Assembly (NCBI GenBank): GCA_964430785.1
Contig: CAYSFJ010000001.1
Location: forward strand, 4,029 to 68,028
Direction: 5' to 3'
Source of the DNA: an uncultured Mycoplasma sp.
GTDB lineage: Bacteria; Bacillota_I; Bacilli_A; RF39; UBA660
DNA length: 64,000 bases
Positions 58,987 to 64,000 of this stretch are shown here, one piece after another. Under the pieces are notes generated by a model. It was not told where the DNA came from and did not search any database. It saw only the letters and a list, made by a program, of their open reading frames with translations. The stretch's first letter is position 1. The number at the start of each line of letters is the position of its first letter. The translations under genes were made by a program, and so were the position numbers.

Positions 58987-59207
58987 AAATAAATGATGTT
59001 GTAGTTCTTGAAAATAATAAACGTTATATTCTAACAAAGAAATTTGAATTAAATAATAATATTTATTATTTGGCATATGAGATTTCAGAAAATAAAATGA
59101 GTGATAAATTTATTTTCGTTAAAGAAAAATATGATGATGGATATTATGTTATTTTAGAGAAAGATGATAATATTTTAGCATTATTAATAAGATTAAAAAA
59201 TTCATAA
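58983..59207 (+). CDS. hypothetical 74-aa protein translationally coupled to sipW
   Basis: ATGA overlap with sipW stop; no TM, no motif recognised. Confidence 0.35.
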   Translation: MKINDVVVLENNKRYILTKKFELNNNIYYLAYEISENKMSDKFIFVKEKYDDGYYVILEKDDNILALLIRLKNS

Positions 59208-59291
59208 ATTATTTATGATTTTTTTATTGGAAAATTGTTTGACACAGTATAATTTCTGTGATAAGATTAGACTTGAAAAAGGAGATAAAAT

Positions 59292-59831
59292 ATGGAGTTA
59301 AAGGGAAGTAAAACTGAAAGTAATTTGCTAACTGCTTTTGCTGGTGAAAGTCAAGCTAGAAATAAATATACATATTATGCAAGTAAAGCAAAAAAAGAAG
59401 GTTATGAACAAATTGCAAGTATTTTTGAAGAAACTGCTAATAACGAAAAAGAACATGCTAAACTTTGGTTTAAAGCTTTAAATGGTGGTGAAATACCTTC
59501 GACTATGGAAAATTTAAAAGATGCTGCAAGTGGGGAAAACTTTGAATGGACACAAATGTATGAAGGATTTGCACAAGTTGCCAAAGAAGAGGGCTTTGAG
59601 GATATAGCAAAATTATTTGAGATGGTTAGAGATATAGAAAAACATCATGAAGAAAGATATTTAAAATTAATTGATAATATTAATGAAGAAAAAGTATTCC
59701 ATAGAAATGAGGAAGTTATTTGGATTTGTAGAAATTGTGGACATGTATATTACGGTAAAGATGCTTTGAAAGTATGTCCAGTATGTAAACATCCAGAATC
59801 ATTTATGGAATTAAAAGCAACAAATTATTAA
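59292..59831 (+). CDS. rbr: rubrerythrin
   Basis: N-terminal ferritin-like diiron domain (E..E..H repeated: [28 protein letters not shown]) plus C-terminal rubredoxin CxxC..CxxC (CRNCGH..CPVCKH). Confidence 0.85.
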   Translation: MELKGSKTESNLLTAFAGESQARNKYTYYASKAKKEGYEQIASIFEETANNEKEHAKLWFKALNGGEIPSTMENLKDAASGENFEWTQMYEGFAQVAKEEGFEDIAKLFEMVRDIEKHHEERYLKLIDNINEEKVFHRNEEVIWICRNCGHVYYGKDALKVCPVCKHPESFMELKATNY

Positions 59832-59849
59832 TATACGGTGAATTATTAT

Positions 59850-60040
59850 AAGTAGTTTTATAAAATTAAAAGAGATTAATATATTGGTGAAAGTATTAAA
59901 AAACTATAAAACGAAATTCAAATATGGAGTATAAACGGGTAATTACGTTATAAATAATAAGATTGAAATAACTTTTCATAAAGTAGGGTGGTACCGCGGT
60001 AAAACGCCCCTACAAAGATGGAAAGTTTTTATTTTTTGAA
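59850..60040 (+). promoter_or_regulatory. T-box riboswitch leader (predicted Phe-specific) upstream of pheST
   Basis: Conserved T-box AGGGUGGUACCGCGG at 59984-59998, GUAGGG/CCCUAC alternative pairing, U-rich tract 60026-60037. Confidence 0.6.
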
Positions 60041-60050
60041 GGAGGATATA

Positions 60051-61076
60051 ATGGAAAATATTAAAAATGAAATTGTTGAAGATTTAAAAATTGTTAATAC
60101 TTTAAATGAATTAAATGATGTTAAAGTAAAATATTTAGGAAAAAGCGGAATAATAACAGATCTTCAAAGTAAGATAAAAGAGGTAGAAGATAAAAAAAAG
60201 TATGGGATGTATGTTAATGAAATAAAAAATTACTTTAATGATTTATTTACAAAAAAAAGTGATGAAATTAATACTAAGTTAATTAATGATAAATTATCAA
60301 ATGAACAAATTGATGTTACACTTCCTGGAATTAGTATTAAATGTGGTGCTCCAAATATATTGGAAAAAACAATAGAAGAAGTTGAAGAACTTTTAATGTC
60401 ACTTGGATTTGATGTAGTTGATGGACCTGAAATTGAGGAAGATAGATTTAATTTTGAACTATTAAATATTCCTAAAGGGCATCCTGCAAGAGATGCTCAA
60501 GATACTTTTTATATTGTTAGTGATGAAGTTCTTCTTCGAAGTCAAACATCTCCAGTACAAGCAAGAACTATGCTTAAAGGTAATGGACAAACACCTATTA
60601 GAATGATATGTCCTGGTAAAACATATCGCCGTGATGATGATGACGCAACACATTCTCATCAATTTATGCAAATTGAGGGATTAGTGGTAGATAAACAAAT
60701 TAGTTTGTCAGATTTAAAGGGAATATTTGATTTAATTGCTAAAAAATTATTCGGAGAAAATTGTATTACAAGATTTAGACCTAGTTATTATCAATTTACT
60801 GAACCTTCAGTTGAAACTGATATAAGTTGTTTTGCTTGTAATGGCAAAGGTTGTAGTTTATGTAAAAATACTGGTTGGATAACAGTTGCAGGTGCTGGTA
60901 TAGTTCATCCAAATGTTTTAAAAAATTGTGGTTATGATCCAAATATATGGACTGGATTTGCCTTTGGATTTGGTGCAGAAAGACTTGCAATGCTTAAATA
61001 TAATATAAATGATATTAGAACATTTTATACTGCAGATTTAAGAGAAGTGCCAGTATTTGATAGAAAGGAAAATTAA
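60051..61076 (+). CDS. pheS: phenylalanyl-tRNA synthetase alpha subunit
   Basis: Class II aaRS motifs (..PARDAQDTFY.., ..GFAFGFGAERLAML..), zinc-knuckle CFACNGKGCSLC; GGAGG RBS before ATG 60051. Confidence 0.9.
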   Translation: MENIKNEIVEDLKIVNTLNELNDVKVKYLGKSGIITDLQSKIKEVEDKKKYGMYVNEIKNYFNDLFTKKSDEINTKLINDKLSNEQIDVTLPGISIKCGAPNILEKTIEEVEELLMSLGFDVVDGPEIEEDRFNFELLNIPKGHPARDAQDTFYIVSDEVLLRSQTSPVQARTMLKGNGQTPIRMICPGKTYRRDDDDATHSHQFMQIEGLVVDKQISLSDLKGIFDLIAKKLFGENCITRFRPSYYQFTEPSVETDISCFACNGKGCSLCKNTGWITVAGAGIVHPNVLKNCGYDPNIWTGFAFGFGAERLAMLKYNINDIRTFYTADLREVPVFDRKEN

Positions 61077-61077
61077 T

Positions 61078-63444
61078 ATGATAAGTTTAAATTGGGTAAA
61101 AGATTATATTGATTTAGAGGGTATTGATTTAAAACAGTTGGCTGTTAATGTTACTAAGGCTGGTATTAATGTTGAAAAGGTTATTTCAAATCATATTGAT
61201 AATTTGTGTGTTGGACTTGTAAAAGAGTGCAAAATGCATCCAGATTCAGATCATTTACATGTTTGTAAAGTTGATATTGGTAGTGAAATACTTCAGATAG
61301 TATGTGGTGCACCAAATGTAAAAGAAAATATAAAAGTTATAGTTGCTTTAATTGGAGCAGTTTTACCTGGAGATTTTGAAATAAAAAAATCCACTATAAG
61401 AGGGGTTGAATCTTTTGGTATGTTATGTGCTTTATCTGAACTTGGCTTAGAGGAAAAAACCGATGAAAATTATGCTAAAGGTATTTATATTTTACCAGAT
61501 GATGCCACTATTGGTAGTGATCCACAACAGTTATTAGGTTTTTGCGATACAATATATGATTTAGATGTACATAAACATAGAAATAACGATTGTTATTATC
61601 ATATTGGTTTTGCATATGAAATTGCATCAATATTAAATAAAAAGGTAACTCTTCCAGATAATAGTTATAAGGAAACTAAAGATAATATTACAAATCATTT
61701 TTCTTTAAATGTTGAAAGTGAAAAATGTCCATTTTATCTAGCAAAGATGGTTACAAATTTAACTATAAAACCATCACCTAAATTTATGCAAGATAGATTA
61801 ATTAGTGCTGGTATGAGACCGATAAATAATGTTGTTGATATATCAAATTATGTTATGTTAGAATATGGACAACCTCTTCATTTCTTTGATAAAGATAAGC
61901 TTGGAGATAAAATAGTAGTTAGAAATGCTTTAAATGGTGAAAATATTATAACTTTGGATGGAAAAAATAGAATTTTAACTACTGATGATATTATAATAAC
62001 TGATGGTGACAAACCTGTTTGTATTGCTGGCATCATGGGTGGAGAAAATACAGAAGTTGATGAAAATACTAATACTATATTAATTGAAAGTGCTATATTT
62101 GATGCTGTATCAATAAGAAATACCGCAGCAAGATTGAATTTAAAAAGTGAAGCCTCAATTAGATATGGTAAGGGTTTGAATTATGAATATACTATTCAGG
62201 CAATAAATAGGGCTTGTCATTTACTTGAAAAATATGCAGATGCTAAAATTTTATCTGGAATGGTATCTTATGATAAGGTAGATAAAAGTAAAAAAATAGT
62301 AAAATTTAATCCAGATGATGTTAATAAAATGTTGGGTATCAAAATTTCCACTGAAGATATGGCTAAGGAACTTGATAGATTAATGTTTTCTTATATTTAT
62401 AAAGATGGAATTTATACGGTTACTATACCAAATCGTAGACTTGACATTGACCCATTTGTTAATGATATTGCCGAAGAAATAGGAAGACTTTATGGTTATG
62501 AAAATTTGGTTTCTACTCTTCCTATAGGTACTTATAAAAAAGGAGAATACATTGGCGATGTTAAATATAAAAAAGTTATATCTAAAAGACTTAGAAGTCT
62601 TGGATTAAATGAGTGCAAAACATACACTTTAGTATCACCTTCCATGGCTAATTTATTTAATTATGAAAATAAGGAAAATGTAATATTACCAAATCCTATG
62701 AGTAGTGATAAAAGTATTATTAGAACATCTTTAATTCCATCACTATTAAATGTTTATGAATATAATAAAGCAAGAAAAGTTGATGATATATTACTTTATG
62801 AAATAAGTAATACTTATGATAAGAATTTTAATGAGGATATTAAAGTATCAATGCTAATCAGTGGTAAATATATTTATAATGCTTGGAATCATAATGAAAT
62901 TAATTGCGATTTTTATACTTTAAAAGGTATTGTTCAAAATATATTAGATTATTTAGGACTTAAAAATAGATATAACTTTGTACCTAGTGAAATTAAAGAT
63001 TTACATCCTGGTATAAGTGCAAGTATTACATTAGATAATAAAGAGGTTGGTATAATTGGTAAGGTTCATCCAACAATTTGCAAAGAGGATGTTTATGTTT
63101 GTGAATTTTCAATTAATAAATTAATTTGTGATATAAAACCTATTAAATATAAAGAGGCATCAAAATACCCAGAGATTGTTAAAGACGTAGCATTTGTATG
63201 TAATAAAGATATAACTTGCGAAAATTTAATAAAGGAAATTAGAAAAGCAGGTGGTAGACTTCTTAAAAATATTGATGTATTTGATTTATATATACCAAAT
63301 AATGATAGTAATGAAAAAAGTATTGCATTTAAACTAACTTATAGTGATAATGAAAGAACGTTAACTGAAAAAGAAGTTATGGATAATTTTGAAAATATAA
63401 TTAATAAAGTTACAAACAATTTAAATGTTAAATTAAGGGGATAA
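61078..63444 (+). CDS. pheT: phenylalanyl-tRNA synthetase beta subunit
   Basis: MISLNWVKDYIDL N-terminus, tRNA-binding, B3/4, B5 and FDX anticodon-binding domains by length/pattern; ATG 2 nt after pheS stop. Confidence 0.9.
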   Translation: MISLNWVKDYIDLEGIDLKQLAVNVTKAGINVEKVISNHIDNLCVGLVKECKMHPDSDHLHVCKVDIGSEILQIVCGAPNVKENIKVIVALIGAVLPGDFEIKKSTIRGVESFGMLCALSELGLEEKTDENYAKGIYILPDDATIGSDPQQLLGFCDTIYDLDVHKHRNNDCYYHIGFAYEIASILNKKVTLPDNSYKETKDNITNHFSLNVESEKCPFYLAKMVTNLTIKPSPKFMQDRLISAGMRPINNVVDISNYVMLEYGQPLHFFDKDKLGDKIVVRNALNGENIITLDGKNRILTTDDIIITDGDKPVCIAGIMGGENTEVDENTNTILIESAIFDAVSIRNTAARLNLKSEASIRYGKGLNYEYTIQAINRACHLLEKYADAKILSGMVSYDKVDKSKKIVKFNPDDVNKMLGIKISTEDMAKELDRLMFSYIYKDGIYTVTIPNRRLDIDPFVNDIAEEIGRLYGYENLVSTLPIGTYKKGEYIGDVKYKKVISKRLRSLGLNECKTYTLVSPSMANLFNYENKENVILPNPMSSDKSIIRTSLIPSLLNVYEYNKARKVDDILLYEISNTYDKNFNEDIKVSMLISGKYIYNAWNHNEINCDFYTLKGIVQNILDYLGLKNRYNFVPSEIKDLHPGISASITLDNKEVGIIGKVHPTICKEDVYVCEFSINKLICDIKPIKYKEASKYPEIVKDVAFVCNKDITCENLIKEIRKAGGRLLKNIDVFDLYIPNNDSNEKSIAFKLTYSDNERTLTEKEVMDNFENIINKVTNNLNVKLRG

Positions 63445-63528
63445 ATTTCTCCTTTTTTTGTCTTTAAAAACAAAAAAATGTATGCTATAATAAAAACATA
63501 AGTTATCATATAAGTGGGGTGATAAATA

Positions 63529-64000
63529 ATGGCTAAAGCATTGTTGATAACAAAAGAAAATATTGTTAAAGGAGCAGTAAAACTTATTAATGATGAAGGT
63601 TGGACTAATCTTAATGCACGAAGTTTAGCAAAACACTTAGGTATAAGTACTAAACCTTTATATCGAATTTATAGTAATATGGATGAGATAAAAAAAGATG
63701 TTTTAATAGAAATTAATAGACAATATGATGAATTTATTAATAGTAAAATTGATAGTAAAAAGGCATTACTTACTCTATGTATTGCTTATGTAGAGTTTGC
63801 AAATGATTATAAAAATTTATTTTGTAGTTTATTTTTATCAGATAATTTAAAATGGAAAAAGATTGAAGATGTGTTTGATGAAAAATGGAATCAATCCACT
63901 ATTATAAATTTAGTTAATAAACATGGTTTTTCTTTTGAGGAAGCTAAAGAACTATTTTTACATATGTGGCTATATTCTAATGGTCTTGCTACATTAATTG
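63529..64000 (+). CDS. TetR/AcrR family transcriptional regulator (3' end beyond window)
   Basis: Hand-translated MAKALLITKENIVKGAVKLINDEGWTNLNARSLAKHLGISTKPLYRIYSNMDEI.. = TetR N-terminal HTH; open to the window end. Confidence 0.65.
   Translation, partial: MAKALLITKENIVKGAVKLINDEGWTNLNARSLAKHLGISTKPLYRIYSNMDEIKKDVLIEINRQYDEFINSKIDSKKALLTLCIAYVEFANDYKNLFCSLFLSDNLKWKKIEDVFDEKWNQSTIINLVNKHGFSFEEAKELFLHMWLYSNGLATLI

Noticed and set aside
1-64000. Alternative genetic code (e.g. TGA=Trp, as in Mollicutes) suggested by the extreme AT content
   Set aside because: All recognised genes translate end-to-end with the standard code and terminate at TAA/TAG/TGA at expected lengths. There is no in-frame TGA inside conserved proteins.

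Overview
This 64 kb window is core chromosome from a very AT-rich, endospore-forming Firmicute (Clostridia-like). It uses the standard genetic code with AGGAGG-type ribosome binding sites. Nearly all genes are on the + strand.

The window runs from the 3' end of gyrA through a shortened version of the Bacillus subtilis origin-proximal gene order: tadA, dnaX, ybaB, recR, bofA-like, holB, yaaT, pth, mfd, spoVT, metG, tatD, rsmA, yabG, veg, spoVG, yabP, yabQ, divIC. This is followed by a gap–pgk–spo0A–gpmI cluster and the complete S10–spc–alpha ribosomal-protein cluster (rpsJ to rplQ, including secY, adk, map, infA, rpmJ, rpoA). After that come parA/parB, ychF, yvcK, whiA, truA, a tRNA-Cys, ftsE/ftsX with an M23 peptidase, a large calcium-binding-repeat protein next to a SipW-type signal peptidase, rubrerythrin, and a T-box-controlled pheS/pheT.

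RNA and regulatory elements I could see by eye are: two perfect parS palindromes inside a direct repeat after gyrA; a short SRP RNA; two T-box leaders (before dut–metG and before pheS); a 0A box upstream of spo0A; and several intrinsic terminators. I found no CRISPR array, integrase or transposase, and no rRNA.

The most unusual observations are: (1) Spo0A carries Glu at the position of the phosphorylated Asp and sits in the tpiA slot of the glycolytic operon; (2) a 659-aa membrane-anchored protein made of thrombospondin-type-3/dockerin-like Ca-binding repeats is paired with a SipW-type peptidase; (3) twin parS sites double as terminator hairpins; (4) the ribosomal-protein cluster lacks rpmD (L30).

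All functional calls rest on motif recognition by eye and on remembered family signatures and synteny. No database searches were run.
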